DNA of 64,000 bases from Candidatus Nealsonbacteria bacterium (GTDB lineage Bacteria > Patescibacteriota > Minisyncoccia > Minisyncoccales > RBG-13-36-15): assembly GCA_011050465.1 (NCBI GenBank), contig DRFQ01000009.1, positions 128,334-192,333 on the forward strand. The letters are read 5' to 3'. Positions 43,633-52,558 of this stretch are shown here, one piece after another. A program made the translations under genes and the position numbers. Each line of letters begins with the position of its first letter. Position 1 is the stretch's first letter. A model generated the notes under the pieces. That model saw only the letters and a list, made by a program, of their open reading frames with translations, made no database searches and was not told the origin of the DNA.

Positions 43633-43875
43633 TCATAGACAAAAATAGCTGCCCAGACCATTACTCCAAGGGATGTAAATACTGTACTTTATCTTTCCTA
43701 ATCCATCGCAATACACACATTGGCTAAAGATACATTCAGGACAATTATCAGGCACGCCGCTGCGTTCGCAGCTTACATTTAATCTACCTGTACCGTTACA
43801 CATTATGCAAGGTTTTCCGCGCCAGTTCTTTAAAAACGTTGTAATAGCCTTCAATATATTCCTTATTGCCGTCAT
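43633..43875 (-). CDS. DnaJ-type CxxCxGxG zinc-finger protein (80 aa)
   Basis: CIMCNGTGRL and CVYCDGLGKI. Start moved to the ATG 8 nt after GGAGG. Confidence 0.6.
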   Translation of the reverse strand: MTAIRNILKAITTFLKNWRGKPCIMCNGTGRLNVSCERSGVPDNCPECIFSQCVYCDGLGKIKYSIYIPWSNGLGSYFCL

Positions 43876-44023
43876 ATTCTCCACCTCCAAGTTGGGAATG
43901 TACTGATTTCCTTGTCCCGTAGTAGAGAAAAATCTCGTTCAGGGGTTTGAAAGGATGAAGTTGGTTGGTCGCCACGGATAAACCTTACTGCCTATTCGAT
44001 TCCTTGACCTTCCAACCCCATCC
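43876..44023 (-). ncRNA. structured 5' leader (motif X, copy 2)
   Basis: GCGGATGGGGTTGGAAGGTCA...GCGACCAACCAACTTCATCC is homologous to 9700-9800 on the minus strand. Confidence 0.4.
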
Positions 44024-44029
44024 GCATTC

Positions 44030-44058
44030 AATTTATCTTTAATCTGGACGATTGTCAA
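44030..44058 (-). promoter_or_regulatory. consensus promoter
   Basis: Minus strand reads TTGACA-N17-TAAATT. Confidence 0.6.
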
Positions 44059-44135
44059 TATAAAAAGCCCGAAAAACATTTTATGTGGAGGCAAAACATT
44101 TCTTTGGAAACAAAAAACCCGCGTTAGAGACGGAG

Positions 44136-44171
44136 CAAAAATAGTAAGAGCTCATCTTATGATGAGCTCTT
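44136..44171 (-). terminator. intrinsic terminator
   Basis: AAGAGCTCATC-ATAA-GATGAGCTCTT plus ACTATTTTT on the minus strand. Confidence 0.8.
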
Positions 44172-44307
44172 GAGCAATGTGCCCTTGTGCGTCTTCCGGC
44201 TGTTCTCCAACCGGAGCTTCTGCATAAAGAGTTGCAAGCAAAGGAAGGTGAAGAAGACATGGATCCTTCCTAATCAGTTCTATGATTTTCTTGAAAACAT
44301 TTATCAA
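44152..44307 (-). CDS. possible 51-aa protein downstream of structured element copy 3
   Basis: TTG start 9 nt after AGGAGG. (M)INVFKKIIELIRKDPCLLHLPLLATLYAEAPVGEQPEDAQGHIAQELIIR. The stop lies inside the terminator stem. Confidence 0.3.
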   Translation of the reverse strand: MINVFKKIIELIRKDPCLLHLPLLATLYAEAPVGEQPEDAQGHIAQELIIR

Positions 44308-44351
44308 TTCGGTTTACCTCCTTTCCTGCAATCATTCTTAAAAGAACTAGT

Positions 44352-44480
44352 AGGAGAGAGAAAGTGGCAGGGTTATGGGGGGAACACAGCAGGTCACGTG
44401 CGTTCCCGTGGCACCTTGGGTGAAGGTGATAGCTCTCTCTCCGCGTGAAGAGGGAGGTCAAGAACCACCTTCTCTCTCCC
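44352..44480 (-). ncRNA. structured non-coding element, copy 3 (acts as a 5' leader)
   Basis: 15-bp helix GGAGAGAGAAGGTGG / CCACTTTCTCTCTCC encloses a divergent 97-nt core with GGGAAC/GTTCCC and CACCTT/AAGGTG hairpins. Confidence 0.45.
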
Positions 44481-44486
44481 AAGTTA

Positions 44487-44514
44487 ATTATAGCTCTTCT
44501 ACATTTTTAGTCAA
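44487..44514 (-). promoter_or_regulatory. promoter of structured element copy 3
   Basis: Minus strand reads GGTGGGGTTGACT-N16-TATAAT. Confidence 0.65.
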
Positions 44515-44688
44515 CCCCACCACCAATCCTAGGTTAGTCTATTGAACTTACAACGACTTAAGCCGATAGGCGGCTTCGCCTTATGGCTTTTTTAAATTCA
44601 TCATGCCTTGGCTGGGACTGGTGGGGGGCCAAGAAACAAACAAAAAGGCCTCTTGGCATAAGCCAGAGGCTATAAAAAGATTGGTTTT

Positions 44689-45207
44689 TCAATGATTCAC
44701 CGCTCTTAACGTTTCCTCTTCTAATCTAGAGATAAGATCTTGATTAGCGTTAAAAAAGTAGCGATGTGTCCTTCCTTCTTTTTCTATGCGAATCAAATTT
44801 GCTCTCCGAAGATTACCCACCATTCCCCAAACAGACCTTCTGGTTAAGTATCTTGCTTCGGCAATATCTTTTATGGTACAGCCAGGGTTTTTTATAATAT
44901 AAAGCAGAGTGAAACCTTCTGTGGTGAAAAATTGGCGTTCGGGAGAATTATTGTCTGCATTTTGTATAATATCTAAAGGGTTACGGCTGGCAGAGTGATA
45001 GTGTTTTCTACCTATTTTTTCAAAAGATATATATTCCCCTTGAATTAAGAGACATGTATGGTCAAAAAATCCCCAGACAGTTCGTCTGGTCAAACCCAAG
45101 GCATCGCCAATCTGAGAAACTGTTGGTTCTTCTCCTTTTTGATTTTTTTGTCTAATAAAAAAGTAAACCGAACCAACGGTTGACAGAAGCCGAATATCTT
45201 CTCCCAT
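44689..45207 (-). CDS. tandem winged-helix (HTH) DNA-binding protein
   Basis: Two repeats: VSQIGDALGLTRRTVWGFF and IKDIAEARYLTRRSVWGMVGNL. Confidence 0.7.
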   Translation of the reverse strand: MGEDIRLLSTVGSVYFFIRQKNQKGEEPTVSQIGDALGLTRRTVWGFFDHTCLLIQGEYISFEKIGRKHYHSASRNPLDIIQNADNNSPERQFFTTEGFTLLYIIKNPGCTIKDIAEARYLTRRSVWGMVGNLRRANLIRIEKEGRTHRYFFNANQDLISRLEEETLRAVNH

Positions 45208-45284
45208 CGTTCTCTCCTTTCCTTGTTCGCCTTTTTCGCAGCTACTCTCTATTCAATTAGGAAGGTACAGACCCTCCTGCCTAT

Positions 45285-45359
45285 GATTTTATATCTTAAC
45301 AACCTCAATAAATAAGTCAAGCCCGCCTAAGTTCGCCTCTGCGGCGAATTTGGGAGGGC
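45285..45359 (-). repeat. 75-bp inverted repeat, right arm
   Basis: Reverse complement of 41172-41246 with one mismatch in the -10 box (TAAGAT versus TATGAT). Confidence 0.9.
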
Positions 45360-45375
45360 AAATTTAAGAAACCCT

Positions 45376-45831
45376 TTATTTCCTTATCCAGCCTTTTAGT
45401 CTTTCCCAGAAGTTTTTGCCGGCTTTGGAAACTTCTTCTTTTATTTCCTGCTTTTCTTTTTCTAACTCCCTGGGTATTGCTTCTTTTCTTTTTTCCACTT
45501 CTTTATTAAAAATACCAAAAATCTTTTGCCATATCCAATCAACCTTGGGCCAGATTTTAGAATCCCAGATGTCTATGAACCAATTCGCCATTCTTTGCCA
45601 AATCTCTACAGCTTGCTGCCAAACTCCCTTTACGGCCCTTGGTAAAGGTTCAATGATTTTTTTAACAAAAGACCAAACTTCCTCAAAAGTCTCTGGCACC
45701 TTCGGCGACTGCTTTACGTCTTGAGCCAAAGCGAAACTTGGCAGGAGTAAACTAAAAACAAAAAACAAAAAACAAAAAACAAGGAACGGGGAGCGAGACT
45801 CATTATTGATTATTCTTTGTTCTTTATTCAT
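45376..45831 (-). CDS. secreted/membrane-anchored hypothetical protein (151 aa)
   Basis: N-terminal hydrophobic segment; Trp-rich helical body. Confidence 0.55.
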   Translation of the reverse strand: MNKEQRIINNESRSPFLVFCFLFFVFSLLLPSFALAQDVKQSPKVPETFEEVWSFVKKIIEPLPRAVKGVWQQAVEIWQRMANWFIDIWDSKIWPKVDWIWQKIFGIFNKEVEKRKEAIPRELEKEKQEIKEEVSKAGKNFWERLKGWIRK

Positions 45832-45910
45832 TATTTTCTATTTATTAATTTTTTTGCTTCTTCCAAAGCACCAAGCACATAAAATGTTAGTTATGTGCTT
45901 CGGCGCTCGG

Positions 45911-47464
45911 TCAAGCACATAATATATTATGTGCTCTGATTATTCTTTTTAGAGTTTTTTCTTTTCCTAAAACCTCGGCAATCTCAAAGGGAGACGCCGA
46001 AGCCTCTTTACCGGTTAAAGCTACTCTGAAAGGCCAGAGCATGTATCCCCTGTCCCCCGCCTTCTCTGCTTCCGGCATAATTTGCTTTTCTAAATTTTCT
46101 TTATCCCAGTCTTCTGTTTTAATTTTAGATATTATCTTCTCTAATTTATCAAGGGATTTTCTTATTTCTTTATCCGATGCTTCTTTCCACCTTAAAAGAC
46201 CTTTTTGATATTCTAATTTATCTTTAAAGAAAAAGCTAGTAAAATCTACAATTTCTGATATTTTTTTCAGTCTTTCTTGATAAATAGCAATAATTTTTTC
46301 CAGATAATTTAACTCAATAATCTCTCCTGTCTCTTTAATTTTATATTTTGGTTTTTTTTCTTCAAAAAGTTTTAATTTTTCCGGATTATCCGGACTGCCC
46401 GGATTACCAGGATTATTTTTTAGTGCCTTAATAAACCCAGCCTCAATTAAATAAGGCAGGCAGATTTTAGTTAATCTTTCAATAGATTTTTGGCGGATAT
46501 AAAATCCATTTAGAAAATCCAATCTTTTGATATTAAAAATTGCCCCTCCTTTTTGACATTTCTCAAGCGAAAATTCTTTAATCAGAGACTGCATTGAATA
46601 AATTTCTCTCTCAATTCCCGGATTCCAACCCAAGAAAGCCATAAAATTAACCAGGGTTTCGGGCAGATACCCTTCTTTTCTATATTCTGTAACAGCCACT
46701 GCTCCATGTCTCTTGCTTAATTTAGCTCTGTCGGGCCCAAGAATTAATGGTAAATGAACATATTTTGGCTGAGAAAAATTTAAAGCCCCTTGAAGCAGAA
46801 TCTGTTTTGGTGTGTTGGGCAGAAGATCTTCACCTCTAATGATATAAGTTATTTTCATTTCGTAGTCATCAACCACTACAACAAAATTATACAAAGGGTG
46901 AGATAAATCTTTTGCGATAATAAAATCTCCAATTAAACCAGAATCAAATTCTATCTGCCCGCGGATAAGATCTTGAAAGACAATTTTCTTAACCGGCACT
47001 TTAAACCGAATAACAGATTTTTTGCCTTCGGCTAAATACTTCTTTGTTTCTTTTCCAGTCAATTGACGGCATTTTCCATCGTATAGTGGGGGCTGGCCAA
47101 TCGACATTCGATATTGCCTTTGAGCCTCTAACTCTTCTTCCGAACAGAAACAATGGTAAGCTTTTTCTTCTTTTAAAAGTTCCTCTAAGTATTTGGCATA
47201 AATGTCCAGCCTTTCTGACTGGCGGTAGGGTCCCTCTGACCATTCAATGCCCAACCATTTCAAACTGTCCAAAATCTCTTTTTCAAATCTGGGATTTGAT
47301 TTTGCGAAATCTGTATCTTCAATCCTTAGAATAAAACTGCCTTTATTCTTTTTCGCAAAAAGATAATTAAAAAGAGCGGTTTTAGCTCCCCCAATATGTA
47401 AAAATCCTGTGGGAGCCGGAGCGAATCTTACCCGGATTTCATTTTCTAAACTTTTTTCAGGCAT
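45911..47464 (-). CDS. gltX: glutamate--tRNA ligase
   Basis: RFAPAPTGFLHIGGAKTA (HIGH) and KLSKRHG (KMSKS). Start trimmed to MPEKS at 47464, so it no longer overlaps murG. Confidence 0.93.
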   Translation of the reverse strand: MPEKSLENEIRVRFAPAPTGFLHIGGAKTALFNYLFAKKNKGSFILRIEDTDFAKSNPRFEKEILDSLKWLGIEWSEGPYRQSERLDIYAKYLEELLKEEKAYHCFCSEEELEAQRQYRMSIGQPPLYDGKCRQLTGKETKKYLAEGKKSVIRFKVPVKKIVFQDLIRGQIEFDSGLIGDFIIAKDLSHPLYNFVVVVDDYEMKITYIIRGEDLLPNTPKQILLQGALNFSQPKYVHLPLILGPDRAKLSKRHGAVAVTEYRKEGYLPETLVNFMAFLGWNPGIEREIYSMQSLIKEFSLEKCQKGGAIFNIKRLDFLNGFYIRQKSIERLTKICLPYLIEAGFIKALKNNPGNPGSPDNPEKLKLFEEKKPKYKIKETGEIIELNYLEKIIAIYQERLKKISEIVDFTSFFFKDKLEYQKGLLRWKEASDKEIRKSLDKLEKIISKIKTEDWDKENLEKQIMPEAEKAGDRGYMLWPFRVALTGKEASASPFEIAEVLGKEKTLKRIIRAHNILCA

Positions 47465-47474
47465 AGTTTCATTT

Positions 47475-48623
47475 TCAACCCAATAAATAACTAACGATAC
47501 TTTGAGCAATTTTTTTTGCAGCTTCTGGCCGAGAAAATCTTATCGCTTCTTCTTTCATTTTTTCTAAATTTTCTGGATGAGAGAATAAAGAATTTAATCT
47601 ATCAAGAAAAAAATGGGGAGTTAAATTGGCCTCTTCGATTATTAAAGTTGCTCCTGTTTTGGCATAGACTTGAGCGTTCTTGGCCTGATGATTCTGGGCA
47701 GCTTCTGGTAAAGGAACTAAGATACTGGGTTTTCCGAAGGCCGATATCTCAAAGATACTACTTGACCCTGATCTGCAGATTACCAAATCACAGGCTTTGT
47801 AAGCATGTTTTATTTCTCCTTCTCTTAAGAAAGGATAGAGATGATAATATTCTTGTTGTTCTTTTTTTATCACAATATTAGCTTCAGCCCGAACCTGTTT
47901 GAAATTTTTGTCGCCGCATTGATGAATAATTTCAAAATCATTTAGAAGTTGAGGCAAAATATTCAAAACCAAATCATTAATTCGCCGGGCTCCCTGGCTT
48001 CCACCCAAAATTAAAATTAAAGGCCTGTTTTTTTCTGCCCTTAGTTTAAAAACTTTTTTAGCTTCATTTACAGAACCATCTAAAAGTTCTCTTCTTATCG
48101 GATTGCTTACTAAGGCTGTTTTTGAAAGCGGGAAATACTCGGTTTTCGGGAAAGAAACGAAAATTAATGAGGAAAACCGGCTTAAAATCCTATTAGAGAG
48201 ACCGGGAATTACGTCTGATTCGTGAAGAAAAATTGGGACTCCTAGAATCCAACTCGTCAAAACAGGGGGCAAAGATCCATAGCCGCCTTTACTGAAAATA
48301 AGGTCTGGAGATAAAAAGAAAATATAGAAAAAAGACTGAAAGATGCCTATTGGAATTTTAAAGAAAATATCTATAAAGTTTTGGACCAAAGCATCTGCAT
48401 CAAGATATCTTCTAAATTTTCCAGCATAGATTGATTTTATCTTAATTCCTTCTTGAGAAAGGAAAATTTCCCCAAAAGGGTCTCTTGGGCCAATATAAAA
48501 TAATTTTAGTTTTGTTTTAGATTGTTCGGGAGCGGAGATCTGAAGTTTTTTTATTTCTCGGGCAACAGCTATTATTGGAAAAATATGGCCACCAGTCCCG
48601 CCCCCGGTAAAAAGTATCTTCAT
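47475..48623 (-). CDS. murG: UDP-GlcNAc:lipid I N-acetylglucosamine transferase
   Basis: TGGGTGGHIFP and a GGSQGA-type motif (LGGSQGARRIN). Confidence 0.92.
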   Translation of the reverse strand: MKILFTGGGTGGHIFPIIAVAREIKKLQISAPEQSKTKLKLFYIGPRDPFGEIFLSQEGIKIKSIYAGKFRRYLDADALVQNFIDIFFKIPIGIFQSFFYIFFLSPDLIFSKGGYGSLPPVLTSWILGVPIFLHESDVIPGLSNRILSRFSSLIFVSFPKTEYFPLSKTALVSNPIRRELLDGSVNEAKKVFKLRAEKNRPLILILGGSQGARRINDLVLNILPQLLNDFEIIHQCGDKNFKQVRAEANIVIKKEQQEYYHLYPFLREGEIKHAYKACDLVICRSGSSSIFEISAFGKPSILVPLPEAAQNHQAKNAQVYAKTGATLIIEEANLTPHFFLDRLNSLFSHPENLEKMKEEAIRFSRPEAAKKIAQSIVSYLLG

Positions 48624-48705
48624 AAATTCCTACGAATTACGCTGTCGCATTGAGCGACTCCCCGGAGGGTTAATTAATACGAATATACGAATAGAGGATG
48701 AACGA

Positions 48706-48831
48706 GGCAACAAGTTCTCAAAGTAGCTTTTATTACTCCAAAATTGCTTCGCAATTTTGGAGGCCTCGTGTGGTCTCCAAATCGCGAAAGCGATTTGGAG
48801 TTGTAGTTCGGTACTTTGAGACTTCGTTGCC
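48706..48831. other. three-way-junction-forming intergenic element between ftsW and murG
   Basis: Outer helix GGCAACAAGTTCTCAAAGTA / TACTTTGAGACTTCGTTGCC encloses hairpins CTCCAAAATTGC-TTC-GCAATTTTGGAG and CTCCAAATCGC-GAAA-GCGATTTGGAG. Confidence 0.5.
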
Positions 48832-48837
48832 GAGTAA

Positions 48838-49950
48838 TCATGTGTTTTTCGAAATATTTAACAATATCCCTACTCCAATTAATTCAGCTATTAAGTGTGA
48901 ACCACCATAACTGACAAACGGCAAAGGAATGCCGGTTAAGGGCAGAATGCCTATCATTGCTCCCATGTTCACGAAAGCCTGAATACTAATCCAAGAAACA
49001 ATACCTAAGGCGGCTAGTTGAGAAAATTTATCTGGAGCTTTTTTTAAAATCTTAAATCCTCGCCAGACAAAAAACAGAAAAAGAGAAATCAAAATGATGA
49101 CCCCGATAAATCCCCCCTCTTCAGCAAATATGGCAAAGATTGAATCTCCAATTGATTGAGGTAAAAAACCAAATTTCTGACGGGAAAGACCCAACCCTAG
49201 ACCGAAAATTCCTCCTGATCCTATTGCGATCAGCGCTTGTTTTATCTGATAACCTTTTCCTAAAGGATCAATTTCTGGGTTAACAAAGACCAAAAAGCGC
49301 GACAATCTATAGGGGGCGATTTTTATTAAGGCAAAAAGTAATCCTATGCCCATTGAGATTATAAGAGCTGTATGCCAAAGGGGGGTCCCTGCGGCAAAAT
49401 ACATCAAGAGAGCAACCGCAAAGATTATTCCTAAAGTTCCAATATTGGGCTGAAAAATTAAAAATATGCTTAGAATTCCGATTATAACCAGAAAAGCTCC
49501 CAATATTATATTAAATTCTTTTTGTTTTCTTTGTCGAAAAGCGGAAGGATTAGCTATGCTGGAGAACCAAGCAGCTAAATAAAGAATAAAGCTAACTTTC
49601 AAAAATTCAGCCGGTTGAAGAGAAAGAGGCCCTAGATTAATCCAGCGAGATGCTCCTCCCGCCTGAAGACCAATTTTAGGAGCAAAAACCAATCCCAGAA
49701 TTATTAAATTTATTATGAATAGAGTAAAAGCCCATTTTTTAAGAAAAGATAGTGGGATTTTAAAAGCTAAAAAAGCCAAAATTAATCCTGGGATTAAACC
49801 ATAACTTATCTGATGAAACCAATAATAGGTCGGGTAATCAAACTTTTCTTGAGAAAGAACAGCCGAAACACTAACTAAAATTAGAACGCCCAGACTTATT
49901 AAAATGGCTAGTGTGCCGATTAAAGGATAGTCGGGTGGATGAGTTTTCAT
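48838..49950 (-). CDS. ftsW: SEDS-family peptidoglycan glycosyltransferase FtsW/RodA
   Basis: About 10 TM segments, GASRWINLG, LPFVSYGGS, and dcw context. Confidence 0.9.
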   Translation of the reverse strand: MKTHPPDYPLIGTLAILISLGVLILVSVSAVLSQEKFDYPTYYWFHQISYGLIPGLILAFLAFKIPLSFLKKWAFTLFIINLIILGLVFAPKIGLQAGGASRWINLGPLSLQPAEFLKVSFILYLAAWFSSIANPSAFRQRKQKEFNIILGAFLVIIGILSIFLIFQPNIGTLGIIFAVALLMYFAAGTPLWHTALIISMGIGLLFALIKIAPYRLSRFLVFVNPEIDPLGKGYQIKQALIAIGSGGIFGLGLGLSRQKFGFLPQSIGDSIFAIFAEEGGFIGVIILISLFLFFVWRGFKILKKAPDKFSQLAALGIVSWISIQAFVNMGAMIGILPLTGIPLPFVSYGGSHLIAELIGVGILLNISKNT

Positions 49951-51302
49951 AATTTTCTTACGGCTTTATTGAATTGTTCTCCCCGGTCAAATTCGTTATT
50001 AAAAAAATTAAAACTGGCTGCAGCAGGTGACAAAAGTATTATGTCTCCCCTATCGGCTGTCTTCGAAGCTGTCTTTACTGCTTTTTTCATCGAGTCGACT
50101 TTTGGAGTAATTGATAACGAAGATTTCTTCGCTGTTTCTAAAGCCTTAAGTTCTTTTTTAATTTTAAAAGAAGCTGTTCCGGGAAGAAGAATTAAATGAT
50201 CTACTCTTTTTAAAATTTCTTTAGCTAAGTTTTTATAGTTCAGTTTTTTATCCTGACCGCCGGCAATCAAGATAATTTTTGATTTAGGAAATCTTTCGGA
50301 GAGCATTCTAAGCGTTAAAACTACGGCCTCTGGTATGGTGGCTGTGGTATCGTTGAAATATCTTACTCCTTGAACCCGGGCAATAAATTCCTCTCTGCCT
50401 GAAATTCCTTTGAAACTTTTTAATACTTTTTTGATATTCTTTAAGGGAATTTTATATATTTTAGCTACCGACAAGGCAGCTAAAATATTGGAAATATTAT
50501 GTTCTCCTTTGATATTTAAATTTCCAATAGTTTTTTTTAAATCTTTAGATATTTTTCTTTTTGAGAAATAATCAACTTTTGATTTCGCCAATTTAGAAAA
50601 TTTCCTAACAGTTAAATTATCATAATTCAAAAGAAGAATATCTTTTGGCTTTTGAAAAAGGAAAATTATTTTTTTTGAATTGATATAATTTTCAAAGCTC
50701 TTATGCCGATTCAAATGATCAGGATAAATATTGGTAATTAAGGCTACTTTCGGGCTTTTTCTGTGTTTTTTTAGCCCTTCTAACTGCCAACTTGAAAGCT
50801 CAAGAACTACCTTGCTTTTATTAGTTATCTTTTCTAAAGACTCAAGGGGTGAAGTCCCGATATTGCCAGCCAAAATAATATTTGGATATTTACTCTTTAG
50901 AAGTCGGTAGATTAAAGTAACAACTGTCGATTTGCCTTTGGTGCCGGTAACCCCAATAATGGGAGCCGAACAAAGTTTAAAAAAGATGCCAATATCAGTT
51001 TCTATTGGAATGTTATTTTTTTTGGCAATTTTGAGATAAGGGGAATCGTCTGGTACACCCGGATTTTTGATGATTAAGTCAACTTCGACAAAGTCTCTGG
51101 GTCTGTGTTTCCCTAAAACCAATTTTGCAGGCAACCCTTTTATTTTTTTTAAAGAGCTTTCCAGCTCTTTTCTTGTCTTTAAATCAGTAACCAGAACCTT
51201 GGCTTCGGCCTTCACTAAGAATTTCACCGTTCCCACTCCTCCGCCAATAATTCCTAATCCCATCACTGTCGCTTTTTTTCCTTTGAAATCACTTAGCTTC
51301 AT
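49947..51302 (-). CDS. murD: UDP-N-acetylmuramoylalanine--D-glutamate ligase
   Basis: VMGLGIIGGG and GVTGTKGKST. Confidence 0.92.
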   Translation of the reverse strand: MKLSDFKGKKATVMGLGIIGGGVGTVKFLVKAEAKVLVTDLKTRKELESSLKKIKGLPAKLVLGKHRPRDFVEVDLIIKNPGVPDDSPYLKIAKKNNIPIETDIGIFFKLCSAPIIGVTGTKGKSTVVTLIYRLLKSKYPNIILAGNIGTSPLESLEKITNKSKVVLELSSWQLEGLKKHRKSPKVALITNIYPDHLNRHKSFENYINSKKIIFLFQKPKDILLLNYDNLTVRKFSKLAKSKVDYFSKRKISKDLKKTIGNLNIKGEHNISNILAALSVAKIYKIPLKNIKKVLKSFKGISGREEFIARVQGVRYFNDTTATIPEAVVLTLRMLSERFPKSKIILIAGGQDKKLNYKNLAKEILKRVDHLILLPGTASFKIKKELKALETAKKSSLSITPKVDSMKKAVKTASKTADRGDIILLSPAAASFNFFNNEFDRGEQFNKAVRKL

Positions 51303-51473
51303 TCTAATTACAAGATAACATAAATTTTCAACAAAAAATAGGTTTTAAAAACGAAAAGAGCCCTGCTGGTGTAGTACCTTGCCGGGACTCTTGCGTATCC
51401 TTTTAAACCTGCCCTGCCGTGGATCAGGTGAGACATCCGTCCGTTGAACGAATTGTCCGGGATATTTGAGGAG

Positions 51474-52550
51474 CTAACCGAGCAAACGAACAGTAACTCC
51501 CATAATAGCCAGAACTACCCCAATAATCCAAAACCGCATTGTTACTTTATAAGGAGGCCAGCCCTTGGCTTCAAAGTGATGATGAATTGGAGTGCAAAGC
51601 CAGATTTTTTTCTTCCGAAATTTCTTAGATAAAAGCTGTAAAATTACAGAGCCAGATTCTAAAACTAAAAGTCCTCCAATGATCGGTAAAACAAGCACCG
51701 AATCTGTTAAGAAGGCCACCACAGCCAAGGTAGTAGTTAACCCCAACATTCCGGTTTCTCCCATATAAAATCTGGCAGGAGGGATATTGAACCACAAAAA
51801 AGCAAAAATAGCGCCCGCGATTACTGCCGAGAAAGCAGCTAAATCGAATTTCCCTTGAGCAAAAGCAATAAGCGAAAAAGCACCGAAAATTGAAGCAAAA
51901 ACTCCTCCAGCCAAACCATCTAAGCCATCAATCACTCCGCCAGACCAGGAAGCCAATATAACAATAATAAAAAGAGGAATGTACCAGAGTCCGATAGTAA
52001 TATCTCCTACAAAAGGAATATGAAGAGTGTCCCAACCAAGTTTAAAGTAAAACCACCAAGCCCCTATCAAGCCAATAAAGATAACCAGCAAGAGCCGTTT
52101 AGTAAAAGTGATCCCTCCAGCGACATATTTTCCCTTGCCAAAAACTTGAAAAATATCATCAAAGAAACCCAGAATAGAGGCCGTAACCAAGGTAAACAGA
52201 GGCAGCCAGGTTTCGGGACGAGATAAGAAATTCAACTTCTGAGCCCAAAAATTGTCAAAAAATCTGGAAATTGCAAAAAATGAAACTGCCATTAAAAGAC
52301 AGGTTACCCAGATTAAAAGCCCTCCAAGCCGAGGAACTTTTGTTTCTCGTTCTTTATGAAGTTTTAAAAAGACAGGAGCTTCTTCGCCGGTAATTGTTTT
52401 TTCTCTTGCTTCTTTGCGCCAGAGCTTATATTTATATAAAAAATGGGTTAGAAGGGGGGTTAAGGCCATAGCTATTACAAAAGCTGTGGCCGTCAATACA
52501 AAAATCTTAACTATATTTAAGAGTAAAAAAATATCTTGATTAAAAAGCAT
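51474..52550 (-). CDS. mraY: phospho-N-acetylmuramoyl-pentapeptide transferase
   Basis: 10 TM, DGLDGLAGG and HHHFE motifs. Confidence 0.93.
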   Translation of the reverse strand: MLFNQDIFLLLNIVKIFVLTATAFVIAMALTPLLTHFLYKYKLWRKEAREKTITGEEAPVFLKLHKERETKVPRLGGLLIWVTCLLMAVSFFAISRFFDNFWAQKLNFLSRPETWLPLFTLVTASILGFFDDIFQVFGKGKYVAGGITFTKRLLLVIFIGLIGAWWFYFKLGWDTLHIPFVGDITIGLWYIPLFIIVILASWSGGVIDGLDGLAGGVFASIFGAFSLIAFAQGKFDLAAFSAVIAGAIFAFLWFNIPPARFYMGETGMLGLTTTLAVVAFLTDSVLVLPIIGGLLVLESGSVILQLLSKKFRKKKIWLCTPIHHHFEAKGWPPYKVTMRFWIIGVVLAIMGVTVRLLG

Positions 52551-52558
52551 AATATTTC

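Noticed and set aside
44170-44482. Track ORFs 44170..44448 (+) and 44270..44482 (-).
   Set aside because: The + ORF is antisense to a promoter-driven unit. The - ORF starts at a TTG at the predicted TSS and spans the 15-bp helix strands. A shorter SD-preceded 51-codon ORF downstream is more plausible.
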